A stretch of 63,662 nucleotides of DNA, counting the filler, from Octopus bimaculoides (Eukaryota): the NCBI RefSeq assembly GCF_001194135.2. It is 6 parts of 4 records of this genome, joined end to end, with 100 filler letters (N's around TTAATTAATTAA, not from the genome) between each part and the next. Parts side by side here need not be neighbours in the genome. Positions count along the whole stretch, not along the records: positions 1 to 24,288 come from NC_068985.1; positions 24,389 to 39,967 come from NC_068985.1; 4 more parts are not named here. One strand, 5' to 3'. The translations under genes and the position numbers were made by a program. This document shows positions 23,775-34,760 of this stretch, in pieces; position 1 is the stretch's first letter; each line of letters starts with the position of its first letter. The notes under the pieces were generated by a model. It had not been told where the DNA came from, made no database searches, and saw only the letters and a list, made by a program, of their open reading frames with translations.

Positions 23775-24235
23775 TTTATATTTATATACTGAGGGTGATA
23801 AATTGAATATTAATTTTAATTTAAAACCAGTGGTCTAGCATATAAAAAATCTGATAATTCAGAAAAACTGTATTACATGCGTATAAGAAATTCAGATTGT
23901 GCTGATGAACCACAGACGATTTTACGTAAGTAAAAGAGTTAATGGGGAAACTGGTACACAATTAATTCTTTATTTTTTATATATTTTTCATTTTGTCCTG
24001 CCCGCCTAAGCTCTGGTATTGTTGCTGAATTTTTTTCTGGAGAACATGATTTTTCTTTTGTGGTTGGGTCGTTGATGACCTCTTTCTAGCATATTGGATG
24101 TCCACCTAGTGGTCATCCCTTCTTATATGCATGTAATACAATTTTTCTGAATTATCAGATTTTTTTATATGCTAGACCACTGGTTTTAAATTGAAATTAA
24201 TATTCAATTTATCACCCTCAGTATATAAATATAAA
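23775..24235 (+). mobile_element. Fold-back element: 115-bp inverted arms around a hammerhead-bearing pLTR-like core
   Basis: Arms 23775-23889 and 24120-24235 are near-perfect reverse complements. Confidence 0.85.
23896..23962 (+). ncRNA. Type I hammerhead ribozyme, minimal stem III
   Basis: attgtg-CTGATGA-ACCA...TGGG-GAAAC-TG-GTA-cacaat; 6-bp stem I; inner ttttac/gtaaaa hairpin. Confidence 0.72.
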
Positions 24236-24288
24236 TTTAAATAATTATGTTCTCTAGCCGGCAACATATACTGCAGTGAATTATACTC

Positions 24289-24388
24289 NNNNNNNNNNNN
24301 NNNNNNNNNNNNNNNNNNNNNNNNNNNNNNNNTTAATTAATTAANNNNNNNNNNNNNNNNNNNNNNNNNNNNNNNNNNNNNNNNNNNN
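24289..24388. other. Artificial contig-joining linker N44-TTAATTAATTAA-N44
   Basis: Exactly 100 nt with a six-frame-stop core; recurs identically five times. Confidence 0.97.
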
Positions 24389-24681
24389 TCCTCCGCCCCC
24401 TCCACTTCTCCTTCCTCCTCCTCTTCTCCTTCCTCCTCCTCCTCCTCCTTCCTCCTCCTCCTCTTCCTCTTCCTCCACCTCTTCCTCTCCCTCTTCCTCC
24501 GCATCCTCCTCTTCCACTTCCTCCGCCTCCTTCTCTTCCTCCGCCTCCTCCTCGTCCTCCTCTTCCTCCTCTCCACCTCCCCTTCCTCCTCTTACTCTTC
24601 GCTCTCTTCATTATGAACCTCATTATCATTATAATCAATGGCCATCATCGTGTATGTCCTCATCGCCGTCGTAAGAATCAT

Positions 24682-24712
<31 letters not shown>

Positions 24713-24725
24713 AGCAGCATCATCA
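24389..24725. repeat. (CCT/CTT)n pyrimidine tract, then (CAT)n(CAG)n
   Basis: Visible trinucleotide repeats. Confidence 0.9.
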
Positions 24726-24729
24726 GTCA

Positions 24730-24960
24730 GGAGTGGCTGTGTGGTAAATAGACTGCAGGAGTTTCTGTGTGGTAAGTAAGTAGCTTGCATAGCAACCACA
24801 TGGTTCCGGGTTCAGTCCCACTGCGTGGCAAATTAGGCACGTGTCTTCTACTCTAGCTTCTGGCCGACCAAAGCCTTGTGAGTGGATTTGGTAGACGGAA
24901 ACTGGAAGAAACGCCTCGTGTATGTATATATATGTATGTGTAGTGTATGTGTGTGTATAT
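24730..24960 (+). mobile_element. SINE family A, tRNA-derived head, with tandemly duplicated 5' end
   Basis: ggagtggctgtgtggtaa occurs twice; A/B-box-like head (ggttccgggttcagtccc); body ccgaccaaagccttgtgagtggatttggtagacggaaactg. Confidence 0.88.
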
Positions 24961-25503
24961 GTTTTTGTGTCGATCCCTGTAAATTTATATAGGCACCTGA
25001 TAAAATCGGTATTTTAAATAACGATCTTATACTTATTTATATACATTTATGCATGCATTTATGTATATGTATATGTATATACATACACGCATGGATATAT
25101 ATATATATATATANNNNNNNNNNNNNNNNNNNNNNNNNNNNNNNNNNNNNNNNNNNNNNNNNNNNNNNNNNNNNNNNNNNNNNNNNNNNNNNNNNNNNNN
25201 NNNNNNNNNNNNNNNNNNNNNNNNNNNNNNNNNNNNNNNNNNNNNNNNNNNNNNNNNNNNNNNNNNNNNNNNNNNNNNNNNNNNNNNNNNNNNNNNNNNN
25301 NNNNNNNNNNNNNNNNNNNNNNNNNNNNNNNNNNNNNNNNNNNNNNNNNNNNNNNNNNNNNNNNNNNNNNNNNNNNNNNNNNNNNNNNNNNNNNNNNNNN
25401 NNNNNNNNNNNNNNNNNNNNNNNNNNNNNNNNNNNNNNNNNNNNNNNNNNNNNNNNNNNNNNNNNNNNNNNNNNNNNNNNNNNNNNNNNNNNNNNNNNNN
25501 NNN

Positions 25504-25580
<77 letters not shown>

Positions 25581-25660
25581 CAAACAGGCAAACAAGCAAA
25601 GAAATTAAAGAAAGAAAGAGAAGTGAGATAGAGGGAGTGAAAGAGAGAGAGAGAGAGACG
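25504..25660. repeat. (GA)n microsatellite
   Basis: Visible. Confidence 0.95.
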
Positions 25661-26219
25661 GGCAGACAGACAGATCAAAACGGAATAAGCTTTGAAACAA
25701 ATGCTCATGCAGCCAGCTTTAATTTCTCCCGCAGCTGAAAATTAATTCCATTAAACTCGAAATATAAATCTAACAAACAAGCTACGTTGCTTTCGAAAGT
25801 CTTCGAGTTGTCTTGCAGGAAATCATTTTTATATTCGAAGAATTTCAAAACTTTCTCGAAGACAAGATTACAAAAGCAACTCAGTCAGACAGGCATCTTT
25901 TGACAACCAATGTAGTTTAGTGTTGAACAGCATGCTGTTAAATTCCTTAGTGTTTGCTTCGCACAACTGTTTCAAGAATTTGTCATTGAGAGAATTGTTT
26001 CTAAATTTGTTAATGGCTACAATGAAGAATTACAATGCGTAACGCAAGCCGTCTCCAAGGGCCGTTGTTTTTTGCAGCTAAATTTTACCGATGAATCACG
26101 CAATATGTCGCGAATAACTAACTTGGTAACTGACTTCTTTTTTAAATGTGCTATGAAACCATGGTGGTAGCACCACATCAGCTGCAGCTATCATTGTAAA
26201 AGAAATCATCGCTGTCTGC

Positions 26220-26338
26220 GTGCATGTATGTATGTATGTATGTATGTATGTATGTATGTATGTATGTATGTATGTATGTATGCATGTATGTATGTATGTA
26301 TGTATGTATGCATGTATGTATGTATGTATGTATGCATG
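26220..26338. repeat. (TATG)n microsatellite
   Basis: Visible. Confidence 0.95.
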
Positions 26339-26876
26339 NNNNNNNNNNNNNNNNNNNNNNNNNNNNNNNNNNNNNNNNNNNNNNNNNNNNNNNNNNNNNN
26401 NNNNNNNNNNNNNNNNNNNNNNNNNNNNNNNNNNNNNNNNNNNNNNNNNNNNNNNNNNNNNNNNNNNNNNNNNNNNNNNNNNNNNNNNNNNNNNNNNNNN
26501 NNNNNNNNNNNNNNNNNNNNNNNNNNNNNNNNNNNNNNNNNNNNNNNNNNNNNNNNNNNNNNNNNNNNNNNNNNNNNNNNNNNNNNNNNNNNNNNNNNNN
26601 NNNNNNNNNNNNNNNNNNNNNNNNNNNNNNNNNNNNNNNNNNNNNNNNNNNNNNNNNNNNNNNNNNNNNNNNNNNNNNNNNNNNNNNNNNNNNNNNNNNN
26701 NNNNNNNNNNNNNNNNNNNNNNNNNNNNNNNNNNNNNNNNNNNNNNNNNNNNNNNNNNNNNNNNNNNNNNNNNNNNNNNNNNNNNNNNNNNNNNNNNNNN
26801 NNNNNNNNNNNNNNNNNNNNNNNNNNNNNNNNNNNNNNNNNNNNNNNNNNNNNNNAAGACACTTGCTCAAGGTGCC

Positions 26877-27006
26877 ACTACACAACGTACACGTAGGACA
26901 GACACCAGGACCCTAATAGGCATGAAACTAGGTGTTAGTAGTTTTCGGTCGATAACTGACGAAGTATCCAGGTTCTGGTGTCTGTCCTACGTGTACGTTT
27001 TGTAGT
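26877..27006. repeat. 34-bp inverted repeat enclosing hammerhead core fragments
   Basis: 26877-26910 vs 26973-27006 match 32/34; loop contains GAAAC (26924) and CTGACGA (26956). Confidence 0.85.
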
Positions 27007-27980
27007 ATTTAATGCATTTTTCATTTTTTAATGTCTGTATGTACTTATGTATGCATGTATGTATGCATGTATGCATGTATGTATGCATGCATGTATGTAT
27101 GTATGTATGTATGTCTCTTCTGTTTTTAATCATTTAAATTCTTCCTCTGAAGAAGAAGCTGGGTTCTAACAAAGATATAAAGATCTATGTCACATTTTAA
27201 ACCTGAGAAAAGTCTTGCATAGTTTTATTGTTCCACTTGCAGATTGTATTTGTAACGCGCTAAAGCGGCAACTACCTATACAGTAATCATATAGAAAGAC
27301 GCGTGAAAATGTCATCTTACAGAAAAAAAATGTATGTCATATACTGCTGTGTCACGTGAGAAATGAAATCACGTGTTTAAATACCATCAATTAAAAAAAG
27401 AACTGTAAGAACCCAACACACGCACACAGATGCACGGAGCGAACACGTTACAATGAAGTAGAGAAATTTGAAAAGACAGTTTATATACCAAAAAGATTTT
27501 ATAACATTTTTCTGACATAATTTAAATATATACTTTAACCATGTAACACAAGCCTTCTGTAGTTTTTTCATTCTTATTATCTTTTACACACANNNNNNNN
27601 NNNNNNNNNNNNNNNNNNNNNNNNNNNNNNNNNNNNNNNNNNNNNNNNNNNNNNNNNNNNNNNNNNNNNNNNNNNNNNNNNNNNNNNNNNNNNNNNNNNN
27701 NNNNNNNNNNNNNNNNNNNNNNNNNNNNNNNNNNNNNNNNNNNNNNNNNNNNNNNNNNNNNNNNNNNNNNNNNNNNNNNNNNNNNNNNNNNNNNNNNNNN
27801 NNNNNNNNNNNNNNNNNNNNNNNNNNNNNNNNNNNNNNNNNNNNNNNNNNNNNNNNNNNNNNNNNNNNNNNNNNNNNNNNNNNNNNNNNNNNNNNNNNNN
27901 NNNNNNNNNNNNNNNNNNNNNNNNNNNNNNNNNNNNNNNNNNNNNNNNNNNNNNNNNNNNNNNNNNNNNNNNNNNNNNNN

Positions 27981-28011
<31 letters not shown>

Positions 28012-29010
28012 TACACACATATATATATACATATATATATATATGTACGTATGTATGCATATCTATATATATATGTATTGTATATATGTGTGTGTGTGTG
28101 TGTGTGTGTATACTTGTGGGTATGTGTGTGTGTGTGTGTGTGTGTATTTGAAACACTTGCACGCCAAGAAAAAACAACTATAATTTAGTGTCTGTGCGCA
28201 AACGTCTCATAAAAAAACATAAACTCTTGAGTTATTTTCTCTTCTTTTATAAACTGACCGTAATCTAAAAAGCAGCACGTGATTTCCTGGTTGACTTGAT
28301 TTCATCCAATTGTAAAGAATATTGAACAGTGCTGAAACATTGGCAATTGCGTCGCCCACATTCTAGCCCATCTCGTCAATTCGTCATGATATTGTATTAC
28401 TGCACAATTTTAAAGAGTTATATCAATAATGTCCGTCGTAGGCATGAAGGGATCAATATTTCGCTAATAGTATGTGATATTCTGGATTTAAGGATTATTA
28501 ATGAAATTTGTATAAGAGATACTAAATACATCATTTTCCTACATTGATGCGGAAGAAAACACCTTTGGCTTGATCAGTTATGTATCAAATTGGTTTTGAA
28601 ATGCTTTAAGAGAAAATTGTTTCTATGTTGATCCTTGCCGATCGGCAAATAAAATGGCAGAATCGTTTCTGATTTAAGAAAAATTGGCAAGTTCCCATGT
28701 GTGTGTGTGTGTGTGTGTGCGCGTGTGTGTGTGTGTGTGTGTGTTCTCTTCTATTTGTAATTATTTGAAACGAGCTGTAAGAAAGGAGTTGGTTGCACAC
28801 ACAAAGATTGAAAGCCCTATCGTTGGAAGGGAGTTGTTAAAAAACAAGGTCACATTTTAAACTTGAGAAAAGTCTTGTATATTTTTACTGTACCGCTTAC
28901 TGATTATATTTGCTGTGCACTAATTAGCTGGTTGATTATCCAAATTATCAGTTAGGCAATTACTCTCATGTATGTGTGCATATATGTTATGTATGCGTGC
29001 ATGTATATGC

Positions 29011-29043
<33 letters not shown>

Positions 29044-29076
29044 TGTATGCATATGTGTATGTATGTATGTACAAAT

Positions 29077-29446
29077 GGTGGAGGCGGCGGACTCGCGGTC
29101 ATAGGATCGCGGTTTCGATTTCCAGACCGGGCGTTGTGAGTGTTTATTGAGCGAAAACACCTAAAGCTCCACGAGGCTCCGGCAGGGGATGGTGGCGAAC
29201 CCTGCTGTACTCTTCTACCACAACTTTCTCTCACTCTTACTTCCTCTTTCTGTTGTGCCTGTAATTCAAAGGGTCAGCCTTGTTACACTGTGTCACGCTG
29301 AATATCCCCCGAGAACTACGTTAAGGGTACACGTGTCTGTGGAGTGTTCAGCCACTTGCACGTTAATTTCACGAGCAGGCTGATCCGTTGATCGGATCAA
29401 CTGGAACCCTGGACGTCGTAAGCGACGGAATGCTAACAACAACATG
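29077..29446 (+). mobile_element. SINE family B, near full length
   Basis: Head gcggactcgcggtcataggatcgcggtttcgattcc (B-box-like; fuller head at 40581-40627); conserved core; ends ccaacaacaacat-like. Confidence 0.88.
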
Positions 29447-29957
29447 TNNNNNNNNNNNNNNNNNNNNNNNNNNNNNNNNNNNNNNNNNNNNNNNNNNNNN
29501 NNNNNNNNNNNNNNNNNNNNNNNNNNNNNNNNNNNNNNNNNNNNNNNNNNNNNNNNNNNNNNNNNNNNNNNNNNNNNNNNNNNNNNNNNNNNNNNNNNNN
29601 NNNNNNNNNNNNNNNNNNNNNNNNNNNNNNNNNNNNNNNNNNNNNNNNNNNNNNNNNNNNNNNNNNNNNNNNNNNNNNNNNNNNNNNNNNNNNNNNNNNN
29701 NNNNNNNNNNNNNNNNNNNNNNNNNNNNNNNNNNNNNNNNNNNNNNNNNNNNNNNNNNNNNNNNNNNNNNNNNNNNNNNNNNNNNNNNNNNNNNNNNNNN
29801 NNNNNNGAGAAAAGAACCATATTCATATTTGAGTTCATGAACTTTGGTTCTTTTCTCTAAATTATATATTTATATTATATACTGTGAAACTTAATTTAAT
29901 TTTAATTTTTGATAAATTGAATTTGAGTTTTTACCTGTAAATTTGGATTTTTATCCC

Positions 29958-29959
<2 letters not shown>

Positions 29960-30030
<71 letters not shown>
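29960..30030. repeat. (ATT)n microsatellite
   Basis: Visible. Confidence 0.95.
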
Positions 30031-30328
30031 GTTATTTATTTATATATATATATATATATATTGCTGTGTCTAGGGACAGTCATTCAGTTTTAATGCCTAA
30101 TTAATTAATACACTCACCGGTTCAATTTCCGCTCATTTATTTTTTATTCTAAAATTTTCGTTGCTTCTGGCAACCTCTTTTATATTTGTTGACTGCGTCC
30201 GTTATCGGAGCTGCGTTCTTTATATATATATATATATCGTCAGTGCATGATGCATCCGATGAGAAGCACATTCTAAAGCATAGTGCAGTAACGTATTTTT
30301 ATGCAGTCAAGTAAGAGGTATATGCCCT

Positions 30329-30405
30329 CTGTCATTAGGATCTGACGAGTCGTCCATAGAGCTAAGCACCATATGGATGCGAAACTATTGGTCACTCTAT
30401 GACAG
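30329..30405 (+). ncRNA. Type I hammerhead ribozyme with long stem I (GUC triplet)
   Basis: ctgtcattaggat-CTGACGA(30342)-G(TC)GTCCATA..TATGGATGC-GAAAC(30381)-TATTG-GTC(30391)-actctatgacag; stem I extends atatg/catat. Confidence 0.82.
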
Positions 30406-30439
30406 GACATATACTTAACTACATAAAAAAAAAGTCGGT

Positions 30440-30880
30440 ACGTATGTCTTTATTCAGTTTATTTCAAGATTTCTTGCCAATAGAGAAAGAGCCGGTTTCT
30501 AACCTTGAACCAAGGCTCGTTCATTGGAATTTCAACAACATCAACGTACAGATTCGTATGTTTTGTTTTATGTATGTATTCTTATGCATATATTTGCATA
30601 TCTACACATGCTCATATATACTTAAATGAGAAAGTTCTGGAAAGTTTTACAAATTTTTACAGTTCCAGTGATGGATTGGATCTGTAGTCTTCGAATTAGC
30701 TTTCTCCTTTCTGGATTTGAAAAGCCCAGTTTCTCAAGGTTGGTATTTAGGCAGTGTGTTACATATCCCAGTGCTCCAATAATTACAGGTATAAACCTGA
30801 ACTTGTAATCTGGATAGAGTATCTGCAGATTTCTCAATAGTTCAGCGTAGGCATTCTCTTTTCCACTGATCCTCAGCTTT
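30440..30880 (-). mobile_element. 3' end of a restriction-like-endonuclease LINE (R4/Dong/HERO-like)
   Basis: KENAYAELLRNLQILYPDYKFRFIPVIIGALG..LEKLG..LQIQSITGTVKICKTF; 3' UTR with AATAAA at 30449-30454. Confidence 0.8.
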
Positions 30881-30884
30881 TATG

Positions 30885-30950
30885 CATGTATGTATGTATG
30901 TATGTATGTATGTATGTATGTATGTATGTATGTATGTATGTATGTATGTA
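30885..30950. repeat. (TATG)n microsatellite at the LINE 5' truncation
   Basis: Visible. Confidence 0.95.
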
Positions 30951-31344
30951 TTTGTACACACACGGACATACATGGACGAATGGCTACGGAATTCGCTTCA
31001 CAGCTATTTGTGACAGGAACGACGTGATAACAAAACTAGAATACGGTCTTTCTTGGACTACAATAGGCGCATGTGCCTCGAATTCAAGCAGGTGTGAGCG
31101 GCTTTTCAGCAGCTCTTTGCTCGACTGTTCGGGTCGAGTGGCGGGCTGGGACGCAGAATGGATTTCAGCGCATACCTCGACGGCCTGCTGCGACTCTCAG
31201 CAACAGTTCGATCCCACTGCTCAGCATCTTGAACAAATACTATTTTCTATAACCTTGGATCAGCCAATGGCTTATGAGGGAAGTTGAGTTGACAGACATT
31301 GTATAACCATCCTTTGGGTAAATAGGATCTATGATTCAAACGAT

Positions 31345-31745
31345 ACAGCATTGTACTTACTTTCTTCTGAAGCCTGGTAATTATTTTATCGGTCTGTTTT
31401 GCCGAACCGCTAATTCACGAGGACGTAAACACACCAACACCAGTTTTCAAGCCGTGTGTATGTGTGGGGGGAGATAAACACAGATACAAAGACACACACA
31501 CACGCACAAGCGCTCGCACACACACACGCACAAGAGCTCGCACACACGCACAAGTCCGCGTACACACACACATACAGACAAAAATATATACACACACGAC
31601 GGTCTTCTTTCAGTTTCCGTTTACCAAATGAGGTTTCGGTCGGCTCGAGAGTATAGTAGAAGACACTTGCCCAAGGAGTCACGCAGTGGAACTGAACCCT
31701 CTGAACCCCAAACCATGTGACTGGGAAGCAAGCTTCTTATTACAC
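31345..31745 (-). mobile_element. SINE family A
   Basis: ttttgccgaaccgctaa..gtaaacacaccaacacc..ggtcggctcgag..gaagacacttgcccaagg; same as 58015. Confidence 0.85.
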
Positions 31746-32269
31746 GTGTGTGTATATGCATANNNNNNNNNNNNNNNNNNNNNNNNNNNNNNNNNNNNNN
31801 NNNNNNNNNNNNNNNNNNNNNNNNNNNNNNNNNNNNNNNNNNNNNNNNNNNNNNNNNNNNNNNNNNNNNNNNNNNNNNNNNNNNNNNNNNNNNNNNNNNN
31901 NNNNNNNNNNNNNNNNNNNNNNNNNNNNNNNNNNNNNNNNNNNNNNNNNNNNNNNNNNNNNNNNNNNNNNNNNNNNNNNNNNNNNNNNNNNNNNCACACA
32001 CACACACACACACGCACACACATGGGTTTTGTCCTCCTTTCTTCTAGGCATTATTTGCCAAAGAATGTGTATTATATGAAAATTTTCGATGGTATTTGGA
32101 ATCGGTAGAATTAGTGTTGCCAAAATATTTTGAAATCCTCAGCCATTGTTCTGCGAGCAGAATGAGATTTTTGAACTTAACAACTATTCCAGGATTTAAA
32201 AGATAGTGCCTGACATTTTCACAATAACATTCTTGGATTCTTCATACTCATTTCGAACCTCCGCCTTCA

Positions 32270-32278
32270 TTTTGCTTT

Positions 32279-32322
<44 letters not shown>

Positions 32323-32765
32323 TGTTTCTTTGTCTCTTTCTTTTCTTTTCTTTGTTTCATTTATTCATTCATTCATTCATTCATTCATTCGTTCGTTCAT
32401 TCTTTTTTCTTTCTCTTTCTTTTTTCTTTCCTTCTTTCGTTTTTTCTTTATTTCTTTTTTGTTTCATTCATTCATTCTTTCATTCTTTCTTTATTTCTTT
32501 TTTCTTTCTTTCTCTCTCTTTTTCTTTCCCTCTTTCATTCATTTTCTTCCCTTCTTTCTTTTTTGGCTTCTTTTTCCTTTCTTTTTCTTTCTTGTCTCTT
32601 TCTTTCCTCCTTTTTTGTCTTTCTTTCTTTTTTGTTTTTTTTCTTTTTTTGTTTCTTTCTTTGTTTTTCTTTGTATCCTGTCTTTTTTCTTTCTTTTTCA
32701 ATTTTTCTTTGCATTTTGTTTGTTTGTTTGTTTCTTCCTTCCTTACTCTTTTATTTATTTTTTTG
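32270..32765. repeat. (TTTC)n/(TTCA)n low-complexity tract
   Basis: Visible; explains the F/L/S-rich ORFs. Confidence 0.92.
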
Positions 32766-32842
32766 GTGCTTCTAGTTCAACTTTGCCGATGTTAAACTAA
32801 ATCTTTTATTTCAGATAATTTCTCACTCACAAACTCACAAAT

Positions 32843-32878
<36 letters not shown>

Positions 32879-33700
32879 TGCAACAGCAGCATTAGTAGCA
32901 ACACTAGCAGGGGCAGTTAAACGTCTCCTTATACCCCCAACATCACCCCCACACTACCACCACTACCACCACCACCACCACCACCACCNNNNNNNNNNNN
33001 NNNNNNNNNNNNNNNNNNNNNNNNNNNNNNNNNNNNNNNNNNNNNNNNNNNNNNNNNNNNNNNNNNNNNNNNNNNNNNNNNNNNNNNNNNNNNNNNNNNN
33101 NNNNNNNNNNNNNNNNNNNNNNNNNNNNNNNNNNNNNNNNNNNNNNNNNNNNNNNNNNNNNNNNNNNNNNNNNNNNNNNNNNNNNNNNNNNNNNNNNNNN
33201 NNNNNNNNNNNNNNNNNNNNNNNNNNNNNNNNNNNNNNNNNNNNNNNNNNNNNNNNNNNNNNNNNNNNNNNNNNNNNNNNNNNNNNNNNNNNNNNNNNNN
33301 NNNNNNNNNNNNNNNNNNNNNNNNNNNNNNNNNNNNNNNNNNNNNNNNNNNNNNNNNNNNNNNNNNNNNNNNNNNNNNNNNNNNNNNNNNNNNNNNNNNN
33401 NNNNNNNNNNNNNNNNNNNNNNNNNNNNNNNNNNNNNNNNNNNNNNNNNNNNNNNNNNNNNNNNNNNNNNNNNNNNNNNNNNNNNNNNNNNNNNNNNNNN
33501 NNNNNNNNNNNNNNNNNNNNNNNNNNNNNNNNNNNNNNNNNNNNNNNNNNNNNNNNNNNNNNNNNNNNNNNNNNNNNNNNNNNNNNNNNNNNNNNNNNNN
33601 NNNNNNNNNNNNNNNNNNNNNNNNNNNNNNNNNNNNNNNNNNNNNNNNNNNNNNNNNNNNNNNNNNNNNNNNNNNNNNNNNNNNNNNNNNNNNNNNNNNN

Positions 33701-33754
<54 letters not shown>

Positions 33755-33801
33755 GTCTGCCTCTCTGTCTGTATCTGTCTCTATCAGTCTGTCTGTCTAT
33801 C

Positions 33802-33882
<81 letters not shown>

Positions 33883-33885
33883 GTC

Positions 33886-33936
<51 letters not shown>

Positions 33937-33960
33937 GTCTGTCTGTCAGTGTGTCTGTCT
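33701..33960. repeat. (CTAT)n/(CTGT)n microsatellite
   Basis: Visible. Confidence 0.95.
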
Positions 33961-34268
33961 CTGTGTGTGTATTTGTCTGCCTGTCTTTCTGTCTTTCTGT
34001 CCATGTGTCTATGTGTCTGACCGTGATATTTGTTTAGGTGTAAACTGTGGAAACTGAAACTTTCATATGTTTAAAGTTTCCAAAACATGTGTTATGCTTA
34101 GCTGAGAAATACAACATACATAGCATAACTACGCAAGGTTTCGAGATACGAACAGGAAATTAAACATCGTATCCAAATGCAAACACAAATATAATCATCT
34201 CCTGAGGTATACCCATGTGCAACTAGCATAATATCCCATAAGTGAAAAGTCGGTAATATGTTATTCGT

Positions 34269-34480
34269 AAGGCGACGAGCTGGCAGAAACGTTAGCACGC
34301 CTGGCAAAATGTTTAGCGGTAGTTCGTCTGTCTTAATGTTCTGATTTCAAATTCCGCCGATGTCGACTTTGCTTTTCATCCTTTCGGGGTCGATAAATTA
34401 AGTACCAGTTGCGTACTGGCGTTGATCTAATCGACTAGCCCCTCCCCCAAAATTTCGAGCCTTGTGCCTAGAGTAGAAAA
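34269..34480 (+). mobile_element. SINE family C (Meta-domain-like core)
   Basis: aaggcgacgagctggcagaaacgttagcacg..gtcgactttgcttttcatcctttcggggtcgataaattaagtaccag..gtgcctagagtagaaaa. Confidence 0.88.
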
Positions 34481-34650
34481 TAATATAAATATCATTCGGG
34501 TTCCATACATAAATGTCAAACCTGGTGACAATAAACCAAGTATCTCTCCTCCCAGGGTCTGTGGATGCCGGTAGAATCAGTATAGTTCTCTTAAATATAT
34601 TTGGAGCTCTACATGTTGTCGCGGGCAGAGATGCGATAATTAATGCAGTT

Positions 34651-34760
34651 TGCAGCTTTTCAAAATTTATCTCTTAAAAACATTTAACTCAACGGTAGAC
34701 CACTGGTTTCTCAATCCGTTGAGTTAAATGTTTTTAAAAGATAAATTTTGAAAAGCTGCA
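34651..34760. repeat. 45-bp inverted repeat, 20-nt spacer
   Basis: 34651-34695 vs 34716-34760, one mismatch. Confidence 0.92.

Noticed and set aside
24333-24638. Gly/Arg- and Glu/Lys-rich ORFs
   Set aside because: Translations of a (CCT)n tract that run into the linker.
25810-25920. Possible exon (ttgcag-EIIFIFEEFQNFLEDKITK..)
   Set aside because: No recognisable homology and no supporting neighbouring exons.
32206-32800. Hydrophobic 150-190-aa ORFs resembling membrane proteins
   Set aside because: Pure (TTTC/TTCA)n low complexity.
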